In this document: positions 40,647-52,227 of the stretch, piece by piece | How the letters are laid out: every line of letters begins with the position of its first letter | Position numbering within the stretch: the first letter of the stretch is position 1 | Assembly (NCBI GenBank): GCA_027451365.1 | Contig: DAIDJN010000026.1 | Location: 1 to 64,000 of the forward strand | Length of the DNA stretch: 64,000 nt | Direction: 5' to 3' | Origin: Phycisphaerales bacterium | GTDB lineage: Bacteria; Planctomycetota; Phycisphaerae; WQYP01 | The notes under the pieces: generated by a model | What the model was told of the DNA's origin: nothing | The model's input: the letters and a program-made list of their open reading frames with translations, nothing else | Databases searched by the model: none | Program-made: the position numbers and the translations under genes

Positions 40647-42881
40647 TCAGGCCGCTTTTGCCGGCGCAAGCTGATACCGCGAAAATGCCCGCGCCGCCAG
40701 CGCTTCGGCCGCCAGTACCGCCAGCGCCAGGTACAGCAGGTTGTGGCCGGCATTGCCGCCGCCGGCCGCCAGCGCCGGCTGTGCCGCCGCCAGCGATTTG
40801 GGGTTTTCCAGAATATTCGTCTGATGAATCCGCAAAATGGCCGCTACCCGAGCCGCGGGCGTATGCCGCACATCCGCCCAGCGGGCATCCACGTTGACCG
40901 CGGCGAGCGCCGGACTTCCAGCCGGCCCGTAGAGACCGGCGACTGGAATGGGCGGGCTTTGGAGTCGCGGCTGTCCGCCGATGAGTTTTCTGGTAAGGGC
41001 CAGTGAATCATGGCGAGGGCCAGCCCAGGTGCCGGCCGCAAAGTGGGTCGGCAGATTGAGTCTATCCCCCACCCGCAGATTCCGTGACGCTTCCCGATTG
41101 GCGAGCGTATAAAAGAAAAGCCGGTGCATATAGGCTGGAAACGCCGGCTGCGCGGGAAAATCTGTCCATTGCGTATCCGCACTGATGGCCCAAAGCAATA
41201 CTTTGCCATGTCCGATGTTCCGCTCCACCAGCGCCGGGGCACCATTGGCGAAATAAAGCAGTGTGCGGGCCACCACACTGGCTTGCGGCCGCAGCACCAC
41301 ATATTGCCGGGTCGCCACATCTGCCAAGCCGGTGTGTACACCGCTTTTTTCGGCGGCCAGAAATGCCGTTACGACCGGATTCATCGATCGTGAAAGATCA
41401 AACCCCAGTGTGCGCCCTCCCCCTGCCTCGCCGGACCGGGTTACGGACATAAGCGAGCCGATCGCCGCGGGCAGCAAACCCTTGACACCGGCCCCCAGCG
41501 CATCGGTCCATTCCATACCGTTGGTATCCGGCCCGGGGTAAATGATCAACAGGCCGCCCGCGGACACAAACTGCCTCAACCGGCCGGCCAGGCGAGGTCC
41601 GGGGGGCGGCAGATCGCTGAGAACGACTGATTGAAAATGTTTGAGGGATTGATCCGGCAGTTCCAGATCGCCAATTCGCGTCGGCTTGAAAATATTATTC
41701 CGCCGGAACGGGGCCAGCGCCGCACCCAGCCATGCCGTGCTCGCCAGACGGCCCGAAGCCGGATCACCCGGACGGCCGTCCACCAGCAGCACCGGAATAT
41801 TCTTCACCGCGGTCGCCACAAATCGGCGGGTATTGTCCGCGGGCAAAGCATCTGGTGAAAGCCGGGCGGTAATCGCCAGTGGACCGGCCAGCGGAACCTT
41901 CTGATTCAGCAGCGCTTCACCCGTTACCACCCGCCCCGGTGGAAGCGTGTGTAAAACGGTCTGGCCGGCCGGCGTGGAATTCAGGAAAAAACGCAGGACC
42001 ACATCATGACCAGCCGCGGCGGCCGCATTGAAAAGTGCGTATTTTACAGCCAGCGGCTGATTCACCAGCACTACGGGATGCCCCGGCTGTAAATCAGTAA
42101 TGGCCATGTTTTGCGCCGAGCGATGGCCCACATCAATAATCCGCAAATGGGCGCCCAAGTGCCGGATCGCCGCCACCAGCGCCGCCAGCCGCTGGCGCAA
42201 TACAGAATGAGTTCCATCAATGGAACCGAAATTGTTTGCCGCGTCATCGGTTATCAACAGCACGGTGCGCGATCGGTTGCGGGTTTTGTTTTTCTTCACG
42301 ATAGCCAGCGCCTGCTCCAGACCGGTCGTCAAATCTTCCCCGGCTTGCGACACCTTCTGATTCCGCACCTGCCCGATGAGCAGCGCCGACGGCAATTCGG
42401 GCCGAGGCGCCAGTGAAACGGCATTGTGCGACGCATTGATAATGGCAACGCGGCCAATGTCCGAATCGCTTTGCAGCCAGGCGATCAGCAGCCTTTTAGC
42501 GCGGTGAAACGGAGTGCTCCCTCCATGCGGATGCAGCCCCATGGGATAGGCATTATTCAGCACCACCACCGTCAGCCGTTGTGAATTACCCAGCAGCGGC
42601 GCCAAGGCTGCGCCAACCGGCGTAAACTGAGCAATGGCCGCCGCCAGCAGCAGCAGCGCCAGCACACGCAGCAAAAGCAGAAGCCAGCGTTGCATCTTGA
42701 GCCGCCGCACATTTCGCCGCATCGCGGCCAGCAGAAATTCCATCGCGGCCCAGTTTTTCAGCCTGAACCGCCGGCGGTTAAGCAGATGAATAACCACGGG
42801 AATGGAAGTAGCCGCGGCCCCGGCGGCAAACAGCCACGGGGAAACAAACGGCAGCAGCGCCAGGGGGATATCCGGGTGCAA
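40647..42881 (-). CDS. BatA N-terminal/VWA domain protein
   Basis: BatA-like PVVIHLLNRRR..WAAMEFL, degenerate VWA (LLITD), VLLVDG. Confidence 0.8.
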   Translation of the reverse strand: MHPDIPLALLPFVSPWLFAAGAAATSIPVVIHLLNRRRFRLKNWAAMEFLLAAMRRNVRRLKMQRWLLLLLRVLALLLLAAAIAQFTPVGAALAPLLGNSQRLTVVVLNNAYPMGLHPHGGSTPFHRAKRLLIAWLQSDSDIGRVAIINASHNAVSLAPRPELPSALLIGQVRNQKVSQAGEDLTTGLEQALAIVKKNKTRNRSRTVLLITDDAANNFGSIDGTHSVLRQRLAALVAAIRHLGAHLRIIDVGHRSAQNMAITDLQPGHPVVLVNQPLAVKYALFNAAAAAGHDVVLRFFLNSTPAGQTVLHTLPPGRVVTGEALLNQKVPLAGPLAITARLSPDALPADNTRRFVATAVKNIPVLLVDGRPGDPASGRLASTAWLGAALAPFRRNNIFKPTRIGDLELPDQSLKHFQSVVLSDLPPPGPRLAGRLRQFVSAGGLLIIYPGPDTNGMEWTDALGAGVKGLLPAAIGSLMSVTRSGEAGGGRTLGFDLSRSMNPVVTAFLAAEKSGVHTGLADVATRQYVVLRPQASVVARTLLYFANGAPALVERNIGHGKVLLWAISADTQWTDFPAQPAFPAYMHRLFFYTLANREASRNLRVGDRLNLPTHFAAGTWAGPRHDSLALTRKLIGGQPRLQSPPIPVAGLYGPAGSPALAAVNVDARWADVRHTPAARVAAILRIHQTNILENPKSLAAAQPALAAGGGNAGHNLLYLALAVLAAEALAARAFSRYQLAPAKAA

Positions 42882-42965
42882 GTGTATCAGGGCCTCCAGC
42901 AGTTAAACTTTCCTAAAACCATTTTCCTTCCGCTCCGGCGGCCTTGGCCCCCACAATGCGGGGAC

Positions 42966-43892
42966 CTATTTCATGCGGCTTTCGCGCGAAGCCAGAAAGC
43001 CCGGTAAAGACACATCCAGCGGCACGCTGGTGTCCACCTGCACGTAATCCACATGAAGCTGGTGGCAGGCGGTGCGGATTTCCTCCGTATGGCGGCGCAG
43101 TTCCTCCAGGTATGCTTCACGCAGAGCCTGAGGTTCGACAATAATTTCCGCCGGCGCCTCGATGCCCTTGAACATGGTGGTGGTGCGAAAAGGGAATTCC
43201 AGTTCCTCATGATCAAGCACCTGAAGCACGATCACATCATGCCGCCGATATCGCAAATGACGAATTCCTTTGATCATTTTCGCGGGATCATCAAACAGAT
43301 CACTGATGAAAATAATCAGGCTGCGGTGACGGACTTCCTCGGCCACGGCGTCTAAAATAAGCCCGGCGTCCGTTTTGGCATCGCCCACTGTGGTGGTCAG
43401 TTCATCAATTAAAATGCGCCACTGTCGCGGGTTGTTGGATGGCCGAATCAGCCGCCGTATTTTGGAATCAAAAATCGCCAGACCCGCGCTGTCCTGCTGG
43501 TGCAGCGCCACATAGGCCATGCTTGCGGCAATGCTGATGGCATGGTCAAACTTTCGCCATTGCGGATTCGCCTCTCCGGCGAAGTTCATGGAAGTGGACG
43601 CATCCACCACCAGCATCACCTGAAGATTGGTTTCCTCTTCATATTGCTTGATGTAATGCCGATCTGTGCGGCCGAATACTTTCCAGTCAATGTATTTGAT
43701 GTCATCGCCGGTGGAATAGGGCCGATGCTGGGCGAATTCAATTGAAAAGCCCTTGTACGGGGATCGGTGCATTCCGGTCACAAAGCCTTCGACTATCAGC
43801 CGGGCGCGAATATCCAGTGCGCCTATTTTGGCCAGCGTGCGCGGGTCAAGATACCGGCGGTAATCTGTTTTCTGCGCTTCGGGCGTGACCAT
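42966..43892 (-). CDS. DUF58 family protein
   Basis: GMHRSPYKGFSIEFAQHRPYSTGDDIKYIDWK, IKQYEEETN, VDASTSM. Confidence 0.92.
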   Translation of the reverse strand: MVTPEAQKTDYRRYLDPRTLAKIGALDIRARLIVEGFVTGMHRSPYKGFSIEFAQHRPYSTGDDIKYIDWKVFGRTDRHYIKQYEEETNLQVMLVVDASTSMNFAGEANPQWRKFDHAISIAASMAYVALHQQDSAGLAIFDSKIRRLIRPSNNPRQWRILIDELTTTVGDAKTDAGLILDAVAEEVRHRSLIIFISDLFDDPAKMIKGIRHLRYRRHDVIVLQVLDHEELEFPFRTTTMFKGIEAPAEIIVEPQALREAYLEELRRHTEEIRTACHQLHVDYVQVDTSVPLDVSLPGFLASRESRMK

Positions 43893-43979
43893 GATGGTGT
43901 TCCTGCGGAAAATTCCAACTGCGGCGGCGAATCAATCGCCAAACTTGACCGGCCCGGCACGCCGTACCCCGTTCGTCGG

Positions 43980-45080
43980 CTAACTCGCCACCGGAGCCTG
44001 CGTGAACACTTTGGGCAGTCCGGCGGTGACGGCCGGACCGTCCGGTTCGCGCGGCGTTTGTTCAATTAACATGCGGATAATGTCATCCGAACGAATTCCT
44101 TCGGCCTCGGCATTGAAGTTGGTCAGGACGCGGTGACGCAGTGTGGGAAACGCCACGTTGCGGATATCTTCCGTGCTGACATGGTACCGGCCGTGCAACA
44201 AGGCCCGTGCCTTGCCCGCCATTACAAGATATTGCGAGGCCCGCGGTCCGGCCCCCCAGGCGACATAATCCTTCACAAATTTCGGCGCATCTTTCTGCGA
44301 TACGCGCGTCTGTCGTGTCAACTTAAGCGCATAACGAATCACATGGTCCGCCACGGGCACCTTGCGCACCAGTTCCTGAAGATTCATGACTTCCTGTGCA
44401 GAAAGCACAGGTTCGATCATGACCTGCCGCGGGGCCGTGGTCAGCCGCACGATATCAAATTCTTCCTGTTCGGTCGGGTAATTCACCAGTACGTTGAACA
44501 TGAACCGGTCCAGCTGCGCTTCAGGCAGCGGATAGGTGCCTTCTTGTTCAATCGGGTTCTGTGTCGCCATCACAAAAAACGGCTCGGGCAGCCGCCGCTG
44601 CACACCACCCGCCGTCACCTGATGCTCCTGCATGGCTTCCAGAAGTGCGGCCTGCGTTTTCGGCGGGGTACGGTTGATTTCGTCGGCCAGAACCGCATTG
44701 GCAAATATCGGGCCTTTGACATACCGCAACGACCGCTGGCCGGTGGCGCGGTCTTCTTCAATGACTTCGGTACCTGTAATATCCGAAGGCATCAGATCGG
44801 GTGTGAATTGAATGCGGTTGAAACTTAAATTCAGGGATTTTGCCAGAGTGGAAATGAGCAGCGTTTTGGCGAGGCCCGGCACGCCCACCAGCAGACAGTG
44901 GCCGCGGCAGAACAGCACCACCAGCAGTTCTTCTATCACCTGACTTTGGCCTACAATAACTTTGGCCAGCTCTGTTTTTAGCCGGGCGCAGCTTTCCTGA
45001 AGCTTTTTAACCGCGGCCAATTCATCACTGCTAAGAACCAGATCGGTTGACTGGGGAACATCTGAAGCCGGCTCGGTCAC
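43980..45080 (-). CDS. moxR: MoxR family AAA+ ATPase
   Basis: [65 protein letters not shown]. Confidence 0.95.
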   Translation of the reverse strand: MTEPASDVPQSTDLVLSSDELAAVKKLQESCARLKTELAKVIVGQSQVIEELLVVLFCRGHCLLVGVPGLAKTLLISTLAKSLNLSFNRIQFTPDLMPSDITGTEVIEEDRATGQRSLRYVKGPIFANAVLADEINRTPPKTQAALLEAMQEHQVTAGGVQRRLPEPFFVMATQNPIEQEGTYPLPEAQLDRFMFNVLVNYPTEQEEFDIVRLTTAPRQVMIEPVLSAQEVMNLQELVRKVPVADHVIRYALKLTRQTRVSQKDAPKFVKDYVAWGAGPRASQYLVMAGKARALLHGRYHVSTEDIRNVAFPTLRHRVLTNFNAEAEGIRSDDIIRMLIEQTPREPDGPAVTAGLPKVFTQAPVAS

Positions 45081-45721
45081 GTCACGTCTCCTTATTTCTA
45101 TATTGCGCAGACCGGGCGCAGGCCCGGCGGGGAATCTTTCTCCGCTTAGTTTAGTTGCCGGCGGCGGTTTTGTCTTGCGGAATAAAAATTAAACCCGCTT
45201 TGGGTACCCCGCACCGAGCCGCCGGGGCCACCTTCACCTGCGCGCCATTACTTAAATTCAGCGTAACGGTGCAGGGTGCCATTTCCTTTCCCGCAGCGCT
45301 GACAGGGATGGAAAGTGTTACTGACAACTGAAATAAATTTGTCCCGCGGCCGGTCACCGGCCGAACCCACGCCCGTGGTGGGCACCATCATGCAATTCAC
45401 CCGCTCTGCGGCCGCGGAAGAGGCAGGAGGCCAATTCCTGAGTATATTGGGGGGTACCGCATATCGCCGTTTCTTTTTTCGTGACCGGTGCCCAAGGCTC
45501 CGCCGCAGTTTGAAAATACGCCGGACCGCGTGATACGGCAAATCCCTAGCCTGTCTGCCAGAAAAATCCGGATTGCCGTCAGATCGCCAGAGCCTATGCT
45601 GCTAATGAAAGGTCAGGTGACGGCGATGGCCTATCGCCGTGTAACCACCCAGGCCCGCGGCAGGCATGCGTGCGCTATGGCAAACTGGAAATGGCATGCC
45701 TTGAAGCCAAGGAGATTCGTC

Positions 45722-48502
45722 ATGACCGTCGTAGTTGAACCTGGAAATAAAACTGTTGTGGCCACCAGTGTGGATCCTGCCCATGATTTGTGGCATGGCG
45801 GCAAACATCCGCTGCGGCCATTTTTTGCGCCGGGAAATATCGCACTGGTGGGTGCCACGGACCGACCGGGCAGTGTGGGCCGCGCGATATTGCGGAATCT
45901 GGTGGACAGTTCATTCGGCGGGGCGGTGTTTCCGGTGAATCTGAAAAAAGGCAGCGTCATGGGAATTCGCGCTTATCCGCGCCTGAAGGATTTGCCTGAA
46001 CCGGCGGATCTGGCCGTCGTGGTAACGCCGGCGGCCGGCGTTCCGCAGACGATCGAAGAATGCGGCAACGCCGGCATCCGCAACGCGGTGGTGATCTCCG
46101 CCGGATTTAAGGAGACCGGACCGGCGGGGGTGGAACTGGAAAAGCAATTGCTGGCCACGGCACGGGCGCAGAATATCCGCATCATCGGGCCGAATTGTCT
46201 AGGGGTCATGTGTCCGCCGGCGGGACTTAACGCCACTTTCGCCCATGCGATGGCGGGGGCTGGAACGGTCGGGTTTATAAGTCAAAGCGGCGCATTGTGC
46301 ACAGGCGTACTGGACTGGAGCCTTCGCGAACGGGTAGGATTCAGTGCGTTTATAAGCATCGGTTCAATGCTGGATGTGGACTGGGGAGACCTCATTGACT
46401 ATTTGGGAGATGACCCGCGCACGCGCAGCATCGTGATTTATATGGAGAGTATTGGCGACGCCCGGTCGTTTTTGTCCGCCGCGCGCGAAGTAGCGCTATC
46501 GAAACCAATTATTGTGATCAAGGCCGGTCGCACCGATGCGGCGGCCAAAGCAGCTGCATCGCACACCGGATCGCTGGCCGGCAGCGACGACGCCATGGAA
46601 GCGGCATTCCGCAGGGTGGGTGTGTTGCGCGTGGATACCATAGAGGACCTGTTTGCCATGGCCGATGTGCTGGGCAAGCAGCCGCGCCCGGGGGGCAAAC
46701 GCCTGACGATCATCACCAATGCCGGCGGCCCTGGTGTGCTGGCCACCGACGCGCTGGTGCGCGGAGGTGGCGAACTGGCCCAACCTGAAGCCGAAACAAT
46801 TGCCCGGCTTAATGAATGCCTTCCCGCCGCATGGAGCCACGGGAATCCAATTGATATTCTGGGCGACGCCGACCCGGCCCGCTACGCACAAAGCCTTCAT
46901 ATCGCACTTAACGATACGGAATCTGATGGTGTTCTGGTGGTGCTGACCCCCCAGGCCATGACCGACCCCACGCGTACGGCTGATGAATTGCTGGCGGCCG
47001 CGGGCACAACAAAAAAGCCGGTTCTAGCCAGTTGGATGGGTGGTGCCGAAGTGGCCGCCGGCGCACAGCGGTTAAGCGAACGCGGCATTCCGAATTTTTT
47101 ATATCCGGACAGTGCGTCACGCGCTTTTAATTACATGTGGCGATACAGCTATAATCTGCGGGGAATTTATGAAACGCCGATACTGCCTGCGCAAAATCAC
47201 CGGGCGGATACGGCCATTGCCGCAGTGGATTTAATAATTAAAAAAGTGCGCGGAGAAGGCCGCGTTATTCTGACGGAATTTGAAGCCAAGGAGGCACTGG
47301 CCGCGTATGGCATTCCGGTGGTGCCGACGCGGATTGCCGAAACCGGCGAGCAGGCGGCCCAATTTGCAGCCGGCATCGGTTTTCCGGTTGTGCTGAAACT
47401 TCATTCGCACACCATCACCCATAAAACGGAGGTGGGTGGCGTACAGTTGAATCTGCGGTCTGAAGCGAATGTGCGGGACGCATTCAGTCGGATTGCGGAT
47501 TGCGTTGCCGAAAAGGCCGGGCGGCAACACTTTCAGGGTGTCACGGTTCAGCCGATGATTCAAACCGATGGTTATGAAATTATTCTGGGCAGCACAGTGG
47601 ACCCGCAGCTTGGCCCGGTAATCGTATGCGGAGCCGGCGGGCAACTGGTGGAGGTAATGCGCGACCGCGCCCTGGCTCTGCCGCCGCTGACCAGCACCCT
47701 GGCCCGCCGCATGATGGAACAGACACGCATAGCGCAGGTATTTGCCGGCGTGCGGGGCCGGCCACCGGTGGACACGCGCGCCCTTGAACAACTGATTGTC
47801 GGGTTCAGTCAACTGGTGGTAGGGCATCCGTGGATCCGGGAAATAGATATTAATCCGCTGCTGGTTTCGCATGAACGCATTCTGGCACTGGATGCGCGCA
47901 TCGTGCTGCATCCGCTGGAGATGTCGGCCGAACATTTGCCGCGGCCGGCTATCCGCCCCTATCCGGCCCAATACATTCGATCGGTAAGGTCCAATGACGG
48001 CCAAGCGATGACAGTGCGTCCCATCCGTCCGGAAGATGAACCGCTGCTGGTGGAATTTCACCGCCAGCTTTCCGAACGAACCGTGCAATTGCGCTATATG
48101 GGTACGCTGGGCTTTGACGCCCGGACCATGCACGACCGACTGATCCGCCGTTGCTTTAATGATTATGACCGTGAAATTGCGCTGGTGCTGGAATACCAGG
48201 ACCCGGCCACGCGGGCACCGGCCATTGTCGGCGTGGGGCGCCTGAGCCGTAAGGCCGCGGCGACCACCGCGCAAGTTTCCATGCTGATAGCCGATGCCTG
48301 GCAGAACCGCGGACTGGGAACCCGTCTGCTGGAAGCGATGCTGGATGTGGCAAAACAGGAGCGGATGACTCGGCTGGTTGCTGAAATTCTTCCGGGCAAT
48401 TTTCCGATGCAGCGGCTGGTCGGCAAACTGGGTTTTACCGTTTCCAGTTCACCCGCTGGCGACCCGGTGATCGCGTCGCTGGATTTGCCAACCACGGACT
48501 GA
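45722..48502 (+). CDS. Acetate-CoA ligase (ADP-forming)-like / GNAT fusion (Pat-type protein acetyltransferase)
   Basis: CoA-binding domain, [19 protein letters not shown]-grasp HKTEVGGV, C-terminal GNAT (WQNRGLG). GGAG RBS before the ATG at 45722. Confidence 0.9.
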   Translation: MTVVVEPGNKTVVATSVDPAHDLWHGGKHPLRPFFAPGNIALVGATDRPGSVGRAILRNLVDSSFGGAVFPVNLKKGSVMGIRAYPRLKDLPEPADLAVVVTPAAGVPQTIEECGNAGIRNAVVISAGFKETGPAGVELEKQLLATARAQNIRIIGPNCLGVMCPPAGLNATFAHAMAGAGTVGFISQSGALCTGVLDWSLRERVGFSAFISIGSMLDVDWGDLIDYLGDDPRTRSIVIYMESIGDARSFLSAAREVALSKPIIVIKAGRTDAAAKAAASHTGSLAGSDDAMEAAFRRVGVLRVDTIEDLFAMADVLGKQPRPGGKRLTIITNAGGPGVLATDALVRGGGELAQPEAETIARLNECLPAAWSHGNPIDILGDADPARYAQSLHIALNDTESDGVLVVLTPQAMTDPTRTADELLAAAGTTKKPVLASWMGGAEVAAGAQRLSERGIPNFLYPDSASRAFNYMWRYSYNLRGIYETPILPAQNHRADTAIAAVDLIIKKVRGEGRVILTEFEAKEALAAYGIPVVPTRIAETGEQAAQFAAGIGFPVVLKLHSHTITHKTEVGGVQLNLRSEANVRDAFSRIADCVAEKAGRQHFQGVTVQPMIQTDGYEIILGSTVDPQLGPVIVCGAGGQLVEVMRDRALALPPLTSTLARRMMEQTRIAQVFAGVRGRPPVDTRALEQLIVGFSQLVVGHPWIREIDINPLLVSHERILALDARIVLHPLEMSAEHLPRPAIRPYPAQYIRSVRSNDGQAMTVRPIRPEDEPLLVEFHRQLSERTVQLRYMGTLGFDARTMHDRLIRRCFNDYDREIALVLEYQDPATRAPAIVGVGRLSRKAAATTAQVSMLIADAWQNRGLGTRLLEAMLDVAKQERMTRLVAEILPGNFPMQRLVGKLGFTVSSSPAGDPVIASLDLPTTD

Positions 48503-48784
48503 ATTCAGACTGCGCCTGAACCGGTAAGTCCAGGGAATGATCGGGCATCGCAAGGATATCCGTGTGGCCGCGCCCGGGCATTTGCGTGAGAAGCGATAGC
48601 CGCTGCAAGGCAACCCTGGTGCTCTGTTGCAGCCATAAATCAGGATAGACAGGGCACGGGTGCTCAAGCATTAAGATGGAGCGCTTTGATGGTCACAAAA
48701 TAACGGGGCGTCATGAGGAGCCGGGACAGACCTGCGTCTGGCGGAAGCGAAGTCCGGCAGGTCAATAGGACAACGTCCGCGAAG

Positions 48785-49516
48785 TTAATCTTCATCGTCT
48801 TCAGATGATTCCCGATCGGCCAGTTCGCCGACCGCTTCCCGACCGACCAGGCCACTTTCCAGCATTCGGGCATATTCAATGCAGTATTTGGCCCAGGGTG
48901 TGGCTTCCAGACGGGCGCGGCTGATGATTTTGCCGGTTCCGGCGCAGACGCCATAGGTGCCATCTTCAATGCGGCCGATGGCTTCGTGAATTTCCCGCAA
49001 CATCTGGCGTTCGCTTTCGATCAGGCCAAGTGTGAATTCCTGCTCGAAATTATCAGTGCCGACATCGGCCATGTGCATGGGACTGGATGAATGGTTGTCC
49101 TGATTTTTGAACGCCTCGTTTTCCATCGAGCCGACATCACCGAGAATTTCCCGCCGTTTTTCCAGAAGCAATTCACGAAAATGTTCCAGATCGGCCTTGG
49201 TGAGTTTCGGTTCCACATGCACTGTTTTCCCGTTCACCGGGCCAACTGGGAGGTGGGCACGTTTAAGAATGGCACCTTTGCCATTCACAGAAGCCTTTCC
49301 CGCTTTACTGGCGGCCTTCACCTGTGAACCGCGCGGCTGTGACGCAGCTTTTCGCACTTTGGCAACGCGCACACGTGGATTGGATTTGACTGGTTTGGCG
49401 GCCCGACCAACTGATTTAACGGATGCCGTCTTGCGAACTGGCTTGGATCCGTTTTTGATCGACGCCTTTGCCCGCCGGGAGAGTTTGCCGGTAGCGAGCT
49501 TGTGTTTGACTGCCAT
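48785..49516 (-). CDS. DksA/TraR family protein with basic N-terminal extension
   Basis: HMADVGTD, EAIGRIEDGTYGVC..ISRARLEATPWAKYC. Confidence 0.88.
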   Translation of the reverse strand: MAVKHKLATGKLSRRAKASIKNGSKPVRKTASVKSVGRAAKPVKSNPRVRVAKVRKAASQPRGSQVKAASKAGKASVNGKGAILKRAHLPVGPVNGKTVHVEPKLTKADLEHFRELLLEKRREILGDVGSMENEAFKNQDNHSSSPMHMADVGTDNFEQEFTLGLIESERQMLREIHEAIGRIEDGTYGVCAGTGKIISRARLEATPWAKYCIEYARMLESGLVGREAVGELADRESSEDDED

Positions 49517-49890
49517 GGAGACTCCAACAACGTTTATGTTCGCTTTTGATCAACAGACTTTACGGGAAGTCCTTTTTCCACCACCCGCCCCGCCGATCCG
49601 CGGAATCGGGCAAGATTGGGTAGAATATCGGCTTTCGGAATTCAAGTCAATTGATTCTTTTTGAAATTTCGGACGAAAGAGGTCAAAAAAACGCCCATAC
49701 GGACAAGGAACGCGGGGTGGCGCATGTTCGGCTCGGCATGGACGCCCCATCGGCAGCGGCTCGCGATCCGGTCTTTGGTGAGAACAGCCCGGGCTGGCAA
49801 AATGAATCTTCCATGGCCACGGTTATCAGACGTTGTCACACCCACCCCAAGCGAAATCAGGCCCACGCGAAATCGGGCGATTTGCGGCGT

Positions 49891-51009
49891 CTATTTTTTT
49901 TCAAGGAGGCCAGTGGTGCGCCGAATCATTAATTCTGACTTGCTGATAACCTCATGAACCGGCGCTTTTTCCGGCTGGCCGATCAGACGTTGTGCGGCGA
50001 CACAGGCATACCTGCCAAGCTCGCGAACAGGCTCGGCCACGGTGGTCAGTCCGATGCGACTGTGGCCGGTCATGGGCAAATTCCCCAAGCTGACAACGCC
50101 GACATCTTCCGGCACGCGAATGCCCATGGCATCCAGCCGTTCCAGCACAGCCAGCGCCAGCCCGTCGTTCCCGACGAACAGCCCGTCCGGGTGGCGCTCA
50201 CCGGGCGAGAAAAGCTTTTTCAGAGGTTCCAGGGCCTGCTCAATGTTAAAATCAGACGGGTATTGCACAATCCATTTCGGATGAATGATGACGGAATGAT
50301 CCTTCAGCGTACGAATCAGCATGTCCATACACGCGGCATGCATGGCCAGCGGGTAATGCTGCCCGAGGTACGCCACATTGCGGTGGCCGCTTTGCACCAG
50401 GTGAGCTGTGGCGAGCCGCGCCGCTTCGCTGCGGTTCCAGACCACATGGCTTACTTCCGGGCAATCCAGCGGATAGTCGCCCACAAATACCAGCGGAATG
50501 CCCGCATTCAACACTCGTTCATAGACATGCCTCTGCCCGGCCAGCGGCTGGCAGATCACCGCATCGTCCCGCCGTTCAATTGCCGCCGCAAGTTCGCGCT
50601 CCTGGCGTTCCGGACTGCCAACGTGCACGCCGATAAATGGTGTATAGCGGCGGACATCCAGACTTTCATACAAGCCCTGCAGCAACCAGTCGCACCAGTT
50701 ATAAGCCAGATTGGCCACGATCAGGGATATGACACCCGAATGCTGCCGCCGCAGGCTTTGGGCCATCCGGTTTGGAACGTAGTTGAGCTTTTTCGCGGCT
50801 TCCTCCACCCGCCGGGCGGTGGCCGGGGAAATACGGAATCTTTGTGCCTCGCCGCGAAGCACCGTGGAAACCGTGTTCTTGGAAAGTCCGAGCTTTTTGG
50901 CCAGGTCGTCCGCTGTTGGCGGCCGGGGCCGCCGGACAATCCGCAATGGAGCCGGATTACCCGCGGGCGACGGGCCATCGGGGATGGTCGAATCAGGTCG
51001 ATTGCTCAT
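49891..51009 (-). CDS. LacI family transcriptional regulator
   Basis: HTH TADDLAKKLGLSKNTVSTVL, LNYVPNRMAQSL, IRVPEDVGVV, LTTV. Confidence 0.92.
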   Translation of the reverse strand: MSNRPDSTIPDGPSPAGNPAPLRIVRRPRPPTADDLAKKLGLSKNTVSTVLRGEAQRFRISPATARRVEEAAKKLNYVPNRMAQSLRRQHSGVISLIVANLAYNWCDWLLQGLYESLDVRRYTPFIGVHVGSPERQERELAAAIERRDDAVICQPLAGQRHVYERVLNAGIPLVFVGDYPLDCPEVSHVVWNRSEAARLATAHLVQSGHRNVAYLGQHYPLAMHAACMDMLIRTLKDHSVIIHPKWIVQYPSDFNIEQALEPLKKLFSPGERHPDGLFVGNDGLALAVLERLDAMGIRVPEDVGVVSLGNLPMTGHSRIGLTTVAEPVRELGRYACVAAQRLIGQPEKAPVHEVISKSELMIRRTTGLLEKK

Positions 51010-51318
51010 ACACTAGCTCCATATACATATATAGTCTTAAATTTCATTACGGGTGGACTGTTCCGCGGACAATCGTATTCCGGCTTCCTCCAGCCCGGAC
51101 GACCCCGCCACCGCATCGGATTGGCCGCCGGTTTCACCGAACGCCCCGCGCCAGCGTGCACAAACAGGAAACATTGTGACGTATTTTCCGCTGTTTGCAA
51201 CTGCAATGGAACTCTCAACATGCGGTTTTCTTCGATATTTTGTCATGCAGTTTGTACAGCAAGGCGCTGTGATATGGTCCGGCAAACCGCCCCGAATCCC
51301 TGTGGGCGGAGCCTGAGG

Positions 51319-52122
51319 TCAGGAATTATCCGGACGCGACCGGCGAACCGGAAATGCCGGATTCCGATTCCTTTTTATTTTTAACGGCTTCACGGGACCA
51401 AGAAGTTCATCCAGATCCAGGCCGGTAAGGTCCGGCGTGTGAGGCATAACGGATTTTTCTGGCTGGAGTGGTGTTTTTTTTGCCCTGTGGCGGCGGACCG
51501 ATTCGCCGGGTGCATCGGGTGCGGCGCTTCGAGTGGATTCTTCCGCTCCGGCTTCGGGCGCTTGCGGCACTTCGGCGGAGGTTTGTGTACCGGCAAAGCC
51601 GAACTGCTCCAGCCAGTAACGGGTGTTCGGCGACATAGTATCCCCACCGGGTGACCTGCCGGCCGGCGGAGCCTTTTGCACGCCGGCCACCCGTGGCGCG
51701 GGTTTTCCACCACCTTTGGATTTGCCGCTTCCAGCCCCCTGCCGTCGCAACAAGTCGCGCAGAAATGCCTCGGCGGTTTCCGCGATCACACGTTCGCCGC
51801 GAGCCTGATGCAATACAGCTTTGTCCGAGCTGACCACACGCAGGCCGCGTCCGGTCGGATTGCGGTCGCGGAATTCGCGCACCAGCCGGGCTATCATGGG
51901 GTCGGCCTTGGCGCCGCTGCCCGGGAAAACAAAATTTAGATCGGGAAATTCATCCGCGTGAGGTTCGTTCGGCTTGCGCACGCCATCCATGACCAGAACA
52001 ATTTTACCCTGGGCATGGCCGCACCACTGGCACAAAGTTCGCAGCGACACCGGGCCGCCGCCATCCAGAAGTTTACCCGCCGCATAAAGGCAGTTATATG
52101 CATCTACAATTGTAACCATCAC
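51319..52122 (-). CDS. NYN/PIN-fold (YacP-like) protein with low-complexity tail
   Basis: IVDAYN, LVMDG, KADPMI, VVSSD. Confidence 0.75.
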   Translation of the reverse strand: MMVTIVDAYNCLYAAGKLLDGGGPVSLRTLCQWCGHAQGKIVLVMDGVRKPNEPHADEFPDLNFVFPGSGAKADPMIARLVREFRDRNPTGRGLRVVSSDKAVLHQARGERVIAETAEAFLRDLLRRQGAGSGKSKGGGKPAPRVAGVQKAPPAGRSPGGDTMSPNTRYWLEQFGFAGTQTSAEVPQAPEAGAEESTRSAAPDAPGESVRRHRAKKTPLQPEKSVMPHTPDLTGLDLDELLGPVKPLKIKRNRNPAFPVRRSRPDNS

Positions 52123-52227
52123 AATTGCTCGCGCGTTTCAGCGGGTTAAGTCGCTCCGGCGGGCCGACCGGAATTTTCCGGCCGGGATCAGGGGCGAACA
52201 TTATTGCGGCATCCGGCCTTCTGCGGG

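Noticed and set aside
45151..45357. Small ORF upstream of moxR
   Set aside because: 68 aa, no recognisable motif or RBS, and an in-frame stop just upstream.
49954..51384. Long antisense ORFs (this 476-aa ORF; also 18080-19327, 47231-48274, 38979-40016)
   Set aside because: They are shadows of well-supported genes on the opposite strand, expected in GC-rich DNA, and carry no protein motifs.
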